From: Candidatus Obscuribacterales bacterium
Lineage (GTDB): Bacteria; Cyanobacteriota; Vampirovibrionia; Obscuribacterales; Obscuribacteraceae
Assembly (NCBI GenBank): GCA_965228855.1
Contig: CBDDIJ010000002.1
Span: 2,336,001 to 2,400,000 of the forward strand
Length of the DNA: 64,000 nt
Reading direction: 5' to 3'
The notes under the pieces were generated by a model. It did not search any database, was not told the origin of the DNA, and saw only the letters and a list, made by a program, of their open reading frames with translations. Made by a program: the position numbers and the translations under genes. How positions within the stretch are numbered: the first letter of the stretch is position 1; every line of letters starts with the position of its first letter. Below, piece by piece: positions 9,571-18,640 of this stretch.

Positions 9571-10128
9571 TTACTTGTTTCCTGCGCCTGCGGTGAACTT
9601 GCCATAATAGTTTTGATGGTACTGCTCGGCTGCATAGAAGACTTTAGCCGGCTCCAGCAAACTCTTAGCGGCTTCCTGACTATAGCCAAGCGATGATAAA
9701 ACGTCTGCGGCTTCGCGCTTTTGCTGCTCGTCCTGATAAAAGATTGCCGCTCGATACTGACTGGTCGACTCTGTGGAATACCGCTGCGGTTTAAATTCTG
9801 TGAGGTAATGGCGAATCAGGTTTTTAAACGTCAACTCTTTGGGATCGAAAAGAACCTGCACAGCTTCTGCGTGACCGGTTTTTCCGCCGCAGACATCTTT
9901 ATATGTAGGGTTCTTAGTGGTACCGCCCGTGTAACCAGATGTCGCGTGTTTGACACCTTTAATTCGTTGAAGCTCCGCCTCAACACCCCAGAATCATCCA
10001 GCGGCGAGAACGGCTTTATGCAAGTTGCCTTGCTCCGGTAATTTCGCGATAGTGGTGTCTTTGAAGAGCATTATGCAAACCAGGTATCCAGCAATCAGAA
10101 GCAGTATCAAATTCAGTGGTCCGTTCAT
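9571..10128 (-). CDS. msrA: Peptide-methionine (S)-S-oxide reductase, probable selenoprotein (in-frame TGA at 9996-9994, codon 45)
   Basis: Reading through one TGA joins two track ORFs into 185 aa: KAVLAAG-[TGA]-FWGVEAELQRIKGVKHATSGYTGGTTKNPTYKDVCGGKTGHAEAVQVLFDP...QYRAAIFY...FYAAEQYHQNYY. GGAG RBS before ATG 10128. The MsrA identity is firm; Sec versus nonsense mutation is inferred. Confidence 0.85.
9961..9996 (-). other. Putative bacterial SECIS element
   Basis: mRNA UGA-UUCUGGGGU-GUUGAGGC-GGA-GCUUCAAC-GAAUU: 8-bp stem (one G-U pair), G-first 3-nt loop 17 nt after the UGA, possible lower stem GAUUC/GAAUU. Confidence 0.7.
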
Positions 10129-10144
10129 AGTCGTCGCTCCGGCC

Positions 10145-10690
10145 CTATCCTTCCAGTATAAGCATTGGGAGATTTCGTGCCACACGTTTGAATATCTGAT
10201 AGTCTCTCAGCGCGCGGGAAACAATGAGTGAACCTTCGATGGCGATGAGTGCATTTTCTGCTCTCTCCCTTGCCAGTTTTTTATTTAAACCATTCTCGAC
10301 GGCCACACCTGCGATCGCTTCGATCCAGGCTTCGAGGCTTTGCTGAACGAGCTCTTGAAACGGAGCGCTTGCAGCTCCTAGCGTCAAACCCTCAACAATG
10401 CATCCTTTCCGTCCACCGTCATAGAACTCTTCGATGGTTTTTGCCATGGTCGCGAGCTTCAGCTCCGGTTTGCCCTCCGCTTTGAGCGGTGCGATGAAGT
10501 GTTCTCTAACTGCTGAATCGATGTGTCCAAGCACTTCGCGGGCCATTTCTTCCTTTCCGCCGGGAAAGTGGTGGTAAAGACTGGACTTGCCTAGACCAGT
10601 AGCCTTCGAGACCTCGCCTATGGAAACGCCCTCATAGCCTTGTTGGCGAAACAGCTCCAATAGTTCATTAATCAGTGCGGTCTTGTCCAT
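10145..10690 (-). CDS. TetR/AcrR family regulator (LmrA/YxaF/NemR-like)
   Basis: LFRQQGYEGVSIGEVSKATGLGKSSLYHHFPGGKEE HTH; GCIV motif; AAGGAG RBS. Confidence 0.93.
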   Translation of the reverse strand: MDKTALINELLELFRQQGYEGVSIGEVSKATGLGKSSLYHHFPGGKEEMAREVLGHIDSAVREHFIAPLKAEGKPELKLATMAKTIEEFYDGGRKGCIVEGLTLGAASAPFQELVQQSLEAWIEAIAGVAVENGLNKKLARERAENALIAIEGSLIVSRALRDYQIFKRVARNLPMLILEG

Positions 10691-10712
10691 GATTCAGCTC
10701 CTTGCGAACGGA

Positions 10713-10741
10713 AGCGTACCGAACATTCGGTCGCACGTCAA
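10713..10741 (-). promoter_or_regulatory. Sigma70-type promoter of tetR-msrA with embedded palindromic operator
   Basis: Minus strand TTGACG-17 nt-TACGCT; GTACCGAACATTCGGT at 10716-10731 spans the spacer and -10. Confidence 0.8.
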
Positions 10742-10760
10742 CGGCGGAGGTGTTTTGGGC

Positions 10761-10798
10761 AAAAGCACCAGATGCGATGCTATCTGCATCGCCTGGTG
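10761..10798 (-). terminator. Probable intrinsic terminator after the PNPOx-like gene
   Basis: Stem CACCAG..GCGATGC / GCATCGC.CTGGTG followed by TTTT on the minus strand. Confidence 0.55.
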
Positions 10799-10840
10799 TG
10801 GTGTCACCTGTGTAATCGGCTGGACTTCGTCGGTAGCTTA

Positions 10841-11764
10841 TTACTTCGGGTTGAACGGAGAGGCGTCGATGAATTCGAGTTCGAAAGCAGGTATGGTAGC
10901 TCTTTGCCAATGTTCTATATCCAGCGTCCAGAAACGATTGGTACCACCAGTTTCACCGTTTGGATCTTCCTGATCAAGAAGAACCGCAGCTCGTCCGGAT
11001 ATCTGAAGGCTTTGACGGGCGGCAAAGTCTAGAATGATGACACCGGCTCTATCGTTCAGCTGCAGATTGCCGAACGAATTGAACATGCTATTGCCTGCGA
11101 AGTCCGGCACACGAAGCTGCTTTCCGTCGACCACGCGAACAAACCCTTGCTTGCCTCCTCGATGGGAAATATCAAGGTTGCCTTCCGGATTCGAGGTTGC
11201 GGCAAACATCGTATCGCTATTTTGGATAAGCGCAATTTCTTCGGCTTGGAGCGTGGTTCCTCGAGCTAGAGATGTGGTTAATATCGCGTTTTTGTCATCC
11301 GGCAGTCTAACCTTTCGACGCTGAATATATTTCGGGCAGAGTGGAAAGGATTCCTCGACCGCGATGAGCAGCTGTTCTTCAGTATGTGTGGAAACTCGCC
11401 CGTTGATCTTCAACCGTCTTCTCGTGTCCAGTTCGATCAGTAGAGTTCCAACGCGCGGGTCGTCGCTGATGTTTGTCAGCAATGGATCACCTTCTATGCC
11501 AATCGACTGCGTCAAATCAATATTTAATTCCCTGGTGCTCGGTGCGTGCATGAAACCAGGCTTTCCGAAGAGCATAGACGCCCAGAGATCGCCAGTGGAA
11601 TCTTCAGAAGCGACCACGACCAGCGGTTGGCGATCAATGAAATTCAAGGCGCCACCAAGAATTTCACTCTTAACCGCGACAGAGTTCATCATCGCGATAT
11701 CTCGCTCGCCCGTTCGCTCTTGTATGTCGAGCTCGCCTTCATGAAATGGCCCATCAGAAAACAT
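10841..11764 (-). CDS. Pyridoxamine 5'-phosphate oxidase-like FMN-binding protein (two split-barrel domains)
   Basis: PFHEGELDIQERTG, WASMLFGKPGF, TRRRLKING, CPKYIQRR, DISHRGGKQGFV, PDFAGNSMFNSFGNL. Confidence 0.9.
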   Translation of the reverse strand: MFSDGPFHEGELDIQERTGERDIAMMNSVAVKSEILGGALNFIDRQPLVVVASEDSTGDLWASMLFGKPGFMHAPSTRELNIDLTQSIGIEGDPLLTNISDDPRVGTLLIELDTRRRLKINGRVSTHTEEQLLIAVEESFPLCPKYIQRRKVRLPDDKNAILTTSLARGTTLQAEEIALIQNSDTMFAATSNPEGNLDISHRGGKQGFVRVVDGKQLRVPDFAGNSMFNSFGNLQLNDRAGVIILDFAARQSLQISGRAAVLLDQEDPNGETGGTNRFWTLDIEHWQRATIPAFELEFIDASPFNPK

Positions 11765-11849
11765 ACGCTACTCCTTTCTGGCTCAAGGTGCCGGTTTCTA
11801 TCATCGAATCCGTCACCTTGAGCGCAGCACCATGGCCGGTGACTCTGAA

Positions 11850-12230
11850 TTAGAAGTTCACAATCGTGTATCCATCGCTGATCAATTTACGCAAACTGGT
11901 GACACCTGAAGTTCCTGGAACTGTGTTGTCTTTGATTAATGCGTAACCTTCTTTTTCCGCGTCTTCCGAGGCTCCGAACACGTCGGCGCAACCGCAAGAG
12001 ACGCCGGCGACTTTGTCTCGAACCGCTTCGTAAAGTTCGTGTGCCGGGTGATCCGGTTTTCCAAGTTGTCCGACCCAGCGAGTGCCGGCGCCTTGAAACA
12101 TAAGCGTGACGTCGTCGCCGTTTTTCTTAAAGTCGTAAGTGGCAGCGAGTGCGTTGAACAAGCGACCGAGCGCTTCTTCATTGCCGTTTTTCGGATCTGA
12201 GTAAACGAGAATTGCAGTCTTCATTGGCAT
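11850..12230 (-). CDS. DsrE/DsrF-like family protein
   Basis: GRLFNALAATYDF...DVTLMFQGAGTRW...SCGCADVFG...LISDGYTIVNF; AAGGAG RBS. Confidence 0.8.
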   Translation of the reverse strand: MPMKTAILVYSDPKNGNEEALGRLFNALAATYDFKKNGDDVTLMFQGAGTRWVGQLGKPDHPAHELYEAVRDKVAGVSCGCADVFGASEDAEKEGYALIKDNTVPGTSGVTSLRKLISDGYTIVNF

Positions 12231-12336
12231 AGCTCCTTGTTGTTTATGTAAAACCGTGGTTGCTGTTCGTTTGACTTGGCTCGATTCGATTCTTCAAATT
12301 CCGTTCGTTTGCGTCCGGCGAGCCGTTCATGTAGTT

Positions 12337-12365
12337 ACTGTACCGAACGTTCGGTACAATGTCGA
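12337..12365 (-). promoter_or_regulatory. Sigma70-type promoter of the dsrE-like/PNPOx unit with perfect 20-bp operator
   Basis: Minus strand TCGACA-17 nt-TACAGT; perfect palindrome TGTACCGAACGTTCGGTACA at 12339-12358. Confidence 0.82.
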
Positions 12366-13188
12366 CCCCCCAACCTTCCTGTTCGGACAATGGCAAGTCA
12401 GCCCGCTCATATCTGGAAATCAACTCATATATAGAGTGCGAGGCCAGCTTATTCTTACTGCGGCATGGTGGGACTTTCGTAGCAATACCGCTACCCGAAT
12501 GGACTCCTGGCTCATTCCAGATGCGGTATGAAACCTGAATGTCGGCAATTCCGCCAGGCGAATAGACTATCCGTTTGGCAATGGGTCGAAATGCATTCGA
12601 TGGATTTTCGCCGAACCTATAGGCGCGCCGCGCCGAAGTGAAGGCACTAAGAGTGGTGTCGTGCAAGTTTTCTGAAGCTTCCAAAGCGCTCGTTTAGTGA
12701 CCGATATGCGCTTTTGCAAGTGAAAGGAAGGTCTGGAAACCGTTTCCTGCTTGCAACTTGTATAACTTATAAGTTTCCGCCCATAAGAATATAGGAAAAC
12801 GATTACTCCGCTTGCTGAGTGTTTTCGTATTATGGAGAGGTAAGACACAAACGGCATCCGCCGCACAGTGAAGGTCCAAGGGTCGGACGCGCACGAGGTA
12901 CAGATTTAGCACATTGCGGAATATCGGCAAACTGATGCACATTTATAACTAAATGATGTGTGCTTGCTGAAACCCCCCGTGTTCGACCCTCTTACACTCT
13001 TACAAAGATTTCTTACAGCGATTCTGCCATACTCACGAATGGAATTCGGCTCTAAAGCCGGGTTCTATTCGTTTTTAGAGGAATTTTCCAAGAGCGACCT
13101 CAGGGTTTTTCCTATTACCGGACCGGCGAATCTCCGCGAAGAATGGAAGTGGTTAGTCTTTCTCCGTTCATCTCGGGGAGGTTCTTTC

Positions 13189-14151
13189 ATGAACTCTGTT
13201 AGGTCACTAATGATACTCATCTCGCGTATCCCGCCAGCTATGCTGGTTGCCATCATCGTTGGAGTCGCTGGTGTAACTGCCATGCTTGTCTCCGGAGAGA
13301 TGGAAAGAAACCGGGTTGAGTTCGAAAAATCAAAAGCCAATCTCGAGGCGCAAAGAAACGCGATGGGAACCGTAGTGGTTGCATCACGAGATATCCCTGA
13401 AGGAAAGCCGATTGCCAGCGACTTTCTGGAAGAAAAGAAAATTCCGGCCGGCAAAATTCCGACTGATGCAATTACATCATCGGCGATGGCGGCAGGTCGG
13501 CTCTCCAAATACGGTATCAGTCAGGGGCAAGTCGTGTCTCAGCACGATCTAATGCCCATCGGCATTTCCCTCGACTTTGAATCTAAATTGAAACCAGGTA
13601 TGCGTGCCTTGACGTTTGCTGTTGATACCAATTCCGGTGTCGCCGGTTTTATCAAACCGGAAAGTAGAGTGGACATCATGAGCATGGTCGGAAGTGGCGC
13701 TGAGACTAAAGTTGCTCCGATTCTGTCTGACGTCGAAGTAATCGCTGTCGGTCAGATGTACCAGAGAGAACCGGGTGCGTCGCAGGCTATTCCAGCGAAC
13801 TCCGTAACGGTTGCGATCAATCCGGAAGACGCTCAGAAACTAGTTAAAGGCGTTGCTGCAAGTAAATTATATTTGTCGTTGCGCAGCCAAAACGATCACG
13901 CTCCACTGCTTACTGTTGACGTGACTACACTGTTCCCAAAGAAAATCGCTGATGGCGGCGAAGAGATCGCGCAAACCGCGATGATTCCTCCGCCCCCAAC
14001 ATCAGCGATTCCACAAGGCGATTTGCCCGAGCAAAACTTCGGTGCTGGAAATCCGATGGAAATTCCGCAGCCGCCCCCGCCTCCTAATCACGAAATCGAG
14101 ATGTGGAACGGCGGAAGTAAGCAGCTCATCGAAGTTCCAAATCATCGGTAA
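13189..14151 (+). CDS. cpaB: Flp pilus assembly protein CpaB
   Basis: N-terminal TM, SAF domain VVVASRDIPEG, PGMRALTFAVDTNSGVAGFIKPESRVDI, ILSDVEVIAVGQ, LYLSLRS; GGAGG RBS. Confidence 0.9.
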   Translation: MNSVRSLMILISRIPPAMLVAIIVGVAGVTAMLVSGEMERNRVEFEKSKANLEAQRNAMGTVVVASRDIPEGKPIASDFLEEKKIPAGKIPTDAITSSAMAAGRLSKYGISQGQVVSQHDLMPIGISLDFESKLKPGMRALTFAVDTNSGVAGFIKPESRVDIMSMVGSGAETKVAPILSDVEVIAVGQMYQREPGASQAIPANSVTVAINPEDAQKLVKGVAASKLYLSLRSQNDHAPLLTVDVTTLFPKKIADGGEEIAQTAMIPPPPTSAIPQGDLPEQNFGAGNPMEIPQPPPPPNHEIEMWNGGSKQLIEVPNHR

Positions 14152-14239
14152 GGTGGCGGCGCTTCACTCACGCCGATAAAACCGAGTCGACTCACGCTGG
14201 AGAATTCACTTAGACCATCCGGCAACAACACATTTGATG

Positions 14240-14273
14240 CGGCTCCTCGCTACACGAGGAGCCGTTTCATTTT
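14240..14273 (+). terminator. Intrinsic terminator after cpaB
   Basis: CGGCTCCTCG-ctaca-CGAGGAGCCG followed by TTTCATTTT. Confidence 0.85.
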
Positions 14274-14570
14274 CACAAGCAAAGATCGAGCGCGGACGCC
14301 GACAATTTGTCTATGTTTTGAGCGATGAGCGAGTATAGAGGCTGCCTCTCATGCTCTCCCTCCATTCAGCCCCAGAGAAATTACTGAGTGGCAGCTTCTC
14401 GATACTAGGCTCGGCTCCACCGGATGTCAAGTTGTCGATTTCTAAGCATGACGGTCAAAAATAGACCAGATAAGTGTTTTCTCAGTGCGGGAATCACCAT
14501 GGACAGGTCAGTAGCGGCTTTCTAAACTGAACTTACATTCGATTGCAGTTCGCTCGGTTAAAAACGTCTG

Positions 14571-15188
14571 ATGAGAAAATTTGTTCCAGCTCTATTCGCA
14601 ACTCTCTGTCTGGCATTGGCAGTATCTCCGGCGTATGCACAGGACGGCAGCTATCAAAATTACCTTGTGCCGGTTCCGACCGCCGAGGATTTAAATTGCG
14701 CTGCGCAGCCGGCTAACCAGTACTACAATCCTGCTCAGCAGCAACCTCAGTTTAATCAGATGGTATCGCCGGCGCAGGTTCCATGGGGAAATCCCGGGCA
14801 AGCATTTGATCAGAGTGGAATGCAGCAGCAGTTTGTAAACCAAACGCAAGTTCCGCAGGGCATGACGCCATACCAGCAGCAAGAAGCTGCCCTTGAACAG
14901 GCGCAGATGGCTCAGCAAATGGACGACCGAAAGCAAGCGGACGAGACTTTCCGTATGTCTAGCCAGTTTAATGAAAAGAAAAAGGATTCGAACTGGGACC
15001 ACAACAAACCCAACAAAGGTAAGTCTGTCGCGAGTGGACTCGGTCGGCTGGTGAAGGGTAGCATGCGCTACGCCGTTCCAGCAGCTGGAACAGTCGGCTC
15101 TGTTTATCTGCTTAGAGCTGCTTTCGGTGGCAATGGCATGATGATGATGCCGATGGGCGGTGGCATGATGGTAGTGCCCGGTCGCTAA
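14571..15188 (+). CDS. Hypothetical secreted Gln-rich protein
   Basis: Signal peptide MRKFVPALF...AYA/QD; Q/P-rich body; Gly/Met-rich C-terminus. Confidence 0.7.
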   Translation: MRKFVPALFATLCLALAVSPAYAQDGSYQNYLVPVPTAEDLNCAAQPANQYYNPAQQQPQFNQMVSPAQVPWGNPGQAFDQSGMQQQFVNQTQVPQGMTPYQQQEAALEQAQMAQQMDDRKQADETFRMSSQFNEKKKDSNWDHNKPNKGKSVASGLGRLVKGSMRYAVPAAGTVGSVYLLRAAFGGNGMMMMPMGGGMMVVPGR

Positions 15189-15230
15189 GCGACTAGCAAG
15201 TTTTAAAGCAAAAGTTCTGACGCAACATCG

Positions 15231-15746
15231 CTATTCTGCGATGGTATCACCAATGATGCTCTTCAGAATTCGTTCCATCTCGCGTTCGTTTCTTCTACTC
15301 ATCGCAGAGCAGAGACAGAGGAAACCCGATGCGCCTGCGAGGAAAGCAAGAGCCAGAGTGACGAGTTCCAGTCGATAATCGGACACGCCACTATAGATGA
15401 TGGCTGTAATCCCTGTGAGTAGAACAACACTCATTAACGCAAACCAGATGCCGAAGATAACTTTGACGGCTGGTTTGATTGAGAACGTGTAATAAACTAC
15501 GGTTCCAAACCTTTCCTCATTAACGACGCCGAATAGAGAGCGGGCGAAAGGGTTGGTCAGAGAATGTTTTGGAGCTATCACAAATCGTTTGCCGGCGACG
15601 GAGATCGCGAACTTTGCTCCTGCTTCGCTCGAATGCAGGGCTGCTAACGAATCCAAGATTTCTTGCTGTGGCCTGTGGCAAGAGACCAATGTTGTCTCCG
15701 ACTCAGCCGATTCAGGCGGCGCTATTTCTTGAGTATTCGCGGTCAT
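15231..15746 (-). CDS. Hypothetical membrane protein (2 TM)
   Basis: ORF with two C-terminal hydrophobic helices; start uncertain. Confidence 0.65.
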   Translation of the reverse strand: MTANTQEIAPPESAESETTLVSCHRPQQEILDSLAALHSSEAGAKFAISVAGKRFVIAPKHSLTNPFARSLFGVVNEERFGTVVYYTFSIKPAVKVIFGIWFALMSVVLLTGITAIIYSGVSDYRLELVTLALAFLAGASGFLCLCSAMSRRNEREMERILKSIIGDTIAE

Positions 15747-15916
15747 CTTGTCCCCTGGCAATCCCGAAACGCGGCTCGGTGCCTGCCGAATTCGAGAGAA
15801 TTGTACAGTATTGTTTTGATATTCCGCTCAAAGTTGTCCTGTCAAGTGTATCGTTAGTTTGCATTCTATTTAAGATAAACTGTTTGAAGATAGTTCGGGG
15901 GACGCTTAAAAGAGAT

Positions 15917-16795
15917 ATGCTTTCCACTTTCAAATATTTGAGTATTAAACCGAAACGTGCATCTGTAGCGCTTCTAGGCTGCCTCATTATTATCTGCGTT
16001 TCAATCGTGAGCCCGGGTGCAGCGATTGCTCAGGGAAGTGAATGGAGTGGAGTTACATCTGTAACTGGCAACTCGACGAATCCGAATTCAAAAAACGCGG
16101 GCGACGGAAATAAAACGGCTTCGCCTGCTGCCGCGAGCGGTTCCACTCCGGCGGGCGGCGGTTCACCGGATGCATCGACTACTCCTGGTAATTCTTCTGC
16201 GGAGCCGACCACACCTAAAGAGTCGAATGCTGTCCCTGTATGGGACGGGTCTGGAGCGAACCCAAACACTCCGACCGTCGCGCCAGCGGTCCCCGCGAAA
16301 GCTCCTGTTGGAGACGGACGCCCGCAAATTGCGCTTCAGATGCCGCCGCCGAAGCAACTCGCCTATATGCTTCGGATGAACGAACCAGCAGCGCGGTCCC
16401 GGATAAAAATCGCAACCGATCGGTGCCGCCAGCACCTGGCCAAAGCCGGCATGGATGCGAACATTGATGTTGATGACGCTATGGAACTCAGTAAGCCCGT
16501 TATCAACATCTATCTGAAAAGGAGCGTCGGCGACAACATTCTGGCTCACGGATTTTGTATGCAAGCCTTTTTGATGCAGTATCAAAGGAAGCCAAGCGGG
16601 CGGGTCGAACCCGTTCGCTGTGCCCGGATCGGCGAGTCTCCCGAGATTTATTCAGGTGCCGACTGGGAGGACAAAGTTGTAACTCTGGTTGATGCATATA
16701 TCAGTGCGCGCCACCACCAACTCAAGGCAGGCGCGAGTGGCAAAGCTGGCGCTGCCAAAGGCAAGCCTGGCTCTGCAAAAGGAAAGAAGAAGTAG
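15917..16795 (+). CDS. Hypothetical secreted protein with S/P/A/G-rich linker
   Basis: Signal-like N-terminus from ATG 15917, low-complexity linker, globular C-terminal part, Lys-rich tail. Confidence 0.65.
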   Translation: MLSTFKYLSIKPKRASVALLGCLIIICVSIVSPGAAIAQGSEWSGVTSVTGNSTNPNSKNAGDGNKTASPAAASGSTPAGGGSPDASTTPGNSSAEPTTPKESNAVPVWDGSGANPNTPTVAPAVPAKAPVGDGRPQIALQMPPPKQLAYMLRMNEPAARSRIKIATDRCRQHLAKAGMDANIDVDDAMELSKPVINIYLKRSVGDNILAHGFCMQAFLMQYQRKPSGRVEPVRCARIGESPEIYSGADWEDKVVTLVDAYISARHHQLKAGASGKAGAAKGKPGSAKGKKK

Positions 16796-16858
16796 ACTCG
16801 CGCTCTGGTAAAATGACTGCGTGGTTCATCTGAAGCCTGGAAGGGCTGTGGTAAGTTT

Positions 16859-17401
16859 ATGTCGACAAATATCGTTCTAACTGGTGTTGGCCGTGACCGC
16901 GTAGGTATCGTCGCCGAACTCTCGCAGGTGTTGTTTGAATTTGGTTGCAATCTTCTTGATTCGAGCATGACGCTTCTTCGGGGTGAGTTTGCCGTAATTT
17001 TGATGGCTCAACTTCCTGAAACGCACTCGCTGGACCAGTTAAAGGAGCGACTTGGTCACGCTGAAGGCGCGCTTGGGATGAACGTTTTCGTTCGTGAGCT
17101 ATCTGATGCCAGCCTCGACGAGGATGACGACGCCGGCTTGCCATTTATCTTATCGGTTTATGGTGGCGATAAGCCTGGTATCGTTGCTGGTATCACAAAG
17201 GAATTATCGCGAATTGGTGCAAATATCACAGATGTAGAAACGAAGAAGACCAAAGCCGAAAAACCGATCTTTATGATGATTCTAGAAATCACGCTTCCTG
17301 AGAGCGTTTCCGAGCAGCAGTTACGCGATCAATTGGGACGAGTTTCCAAAGAACTCGGCGTCGACTTGAGTATTCGAGCCATTGAGGTCGTGGAGCTTTA
17401 A
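16859..17401 (+). CDS. Tandem ACT-domain protein (GcvR-like)
   Basis: GRDRVGIVAELSQ...CNLLDSSMTLLRGEFAVIL and GGDKPGIVAGIT...ANITDVET. Confidence 0.88.
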   Translation: MSTNIVLTGVGRDRVGIVAELSQVLFEFGCNLLDSSMTLLRGEFAVILMAQLPETHSLDQLKERLGHAEGALGMNVFVRELSDASLDEDDDAGLPFILSVYGGDKPGIVAGITKELSRIGANITDVETKKTKAEKPIFMMILEITLPESVSEQQLRDQLGRVSKELGVDLSIRAIEVVEL

Positions 17402-17402
17402 A

Positions 17403-17972
17403 ATGGCGATACTACCTGTCCTTGTCTATCCTGACCCCGAACTCAAAAAGGTTTCCGAACCCGTAGATTTCAATGAGGATTTGAGCGAAATTCTGAAAGA
17501 CCTTTTGGAAACTATGTATGATGCGCCGGGTTGTGTGGGTTTAGCCGCTCCACAGTGCGGAATTCACAAACGGATTTTAATCGTCGATGCCTCGAGAAAT
17601 CCAAAGGTGGAATCTAAGTATGGATTGATGGTTATCATCAATCCGATCATCGAGTATTCGGAAGGCGAAGTGTTGGCGCGCGAAGGTTGCCTCAGCCTGC
17701 CGGATTTGACTGCGAATGTGAAACGCGCGGAAAAGATCCGCGCGCGTTTTTGGAATGAGAATGGAGAGGAAAGAGAAATCGAGGTTTCGGATTTCGAGGC
17801 GAGAGTTGTACTGCACGAACTCGATCACCTCGATGGAATCTTATTCTTAGACCGCGTCTCATCGCTGAAGACAGATGTTTTCCGCCGAAAGCAGTACATG
17901 AAGAAAGAAGACAAAGCCAACGATAAGCCTCCAATTCCGCAGACGAATGCGCCGGAAGCGGCTGGCAGTTAG
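17403..17972 (+). CDS. def: Peptide deformylase
   Basis: GCVGLAAPQ, EGCLS and HELDHLDG motifs. Confidence 0.96.
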   Translation: MAILPVLVYPDPELKKVSEPVDFNEDLSEILKDLLETMYDAPGCVGLAAPQCGIHKRILIVDASRNPKVESKYGLMVIINPIIEYSEGEVLAREGCLSLPDLTANVKRAEKIRARFWNENGEEREIEVSDFEARVVLHELDHLDGILFLDRVSSLKTDVFRRKQYMKKEDKANDKPPIPQTNAPEAAGS

Positions 17973-17979
17973 GAGTTCC

Positions 17980-18573
17980 TTATTTGCTGAGTGGTGGCAT
18001 AACGACACCGTCCAGTATGTGTATGATGCCATTGCTACAGGGAACATCGACTGTCTGAATCAAGGCTTCATCAGCATACATGTTGCCACCGCGCTCGCTT
18101 ATTGTTATCTCGTGACCTTCGAGCGTTTTGAATTTCTTGTTCTTCTTAAGCGCGTCTGAGTCGAACTTGCCTTCGACTACCGTGTATTCGAGCACCTGAC
18201 GCAGTTTCTTCTTATTCGCGAATAGCGACATCACATCTTCATCCGGCATGCGTTTAAAACCATGATCGCAGATCGCAAAAACCGTAAATGGTCCGTTGTT
18301 CTTCAGTTTCTTATCCAGGTCGAATGCTTGAACTAAGCCGTCGAGCAGTGTGACGAAGCGCGTAACCTCGTTGTCTTTAAGAGTGTTGATAATGTCCTTG
18401 GGCGCGCGCTCGAATCCCTCTTTATTCGAGTATCTCGTCGTTTTTGTCGCGGCGATGAGCAGGCGGTTATTTGCCGAAAAGCCTCGCTCCGATTTTGATT
18501 CGGCTGAGCCGACGCTGAATACAACAAATCCGGCTATTAGTATACCTGTGAAGACTCTATTGGGTTTAAACAT
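17980..18573 (-). CDS. Fasciclin (FAS1) domain secreted protein
   Basis: Signal peptide, GPFTVFA, DVPCSNGIIHILDGVVMP. Confidence 0.9.
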   Translation of the reverse strand: MFKPNRVFTGILIAGFVVFSVGSAESKSERGFSANNRLLIAATKTTRYSNKEGFERAPKDIINTLKDNEVTRFVTLLDGLVQAFDLDKKLKNNGPFTVFAICDHGFKRMPDEDVMSLFANKKKLRQVLEYTVVEGKFDSDALKKNKKFKTLEGHEITISERGGNMYADEALIQTVDVPCSNGIIHILDGVVMPPLSK

Positions 18574-18640
18574 GAGAAACTCCTTGACGGCTCGACCATT
18601 ACTTACCCAATCTGTGCGACTGTTAAATGATCGGTTTGTG

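Noticed and set aside
9994..10185. Track ORFs 9994-10185 and 9571-9861 as two separate small genes or a simple pseudogene
   Set aside because: They are one msrA frame; the only interruption is a TGA at the catalytic codon followed by a SECIS-like stem. A pseudogene remains possible but is less parsimonious.
12366..13188. c-di-GMP riboswitch or coding ORFs upstream of cpaB
   Set aside because: Only a GGCAAAC fragment is present, without the other conserved elements; the overlapping ORFs lack motifs and convincing starts.
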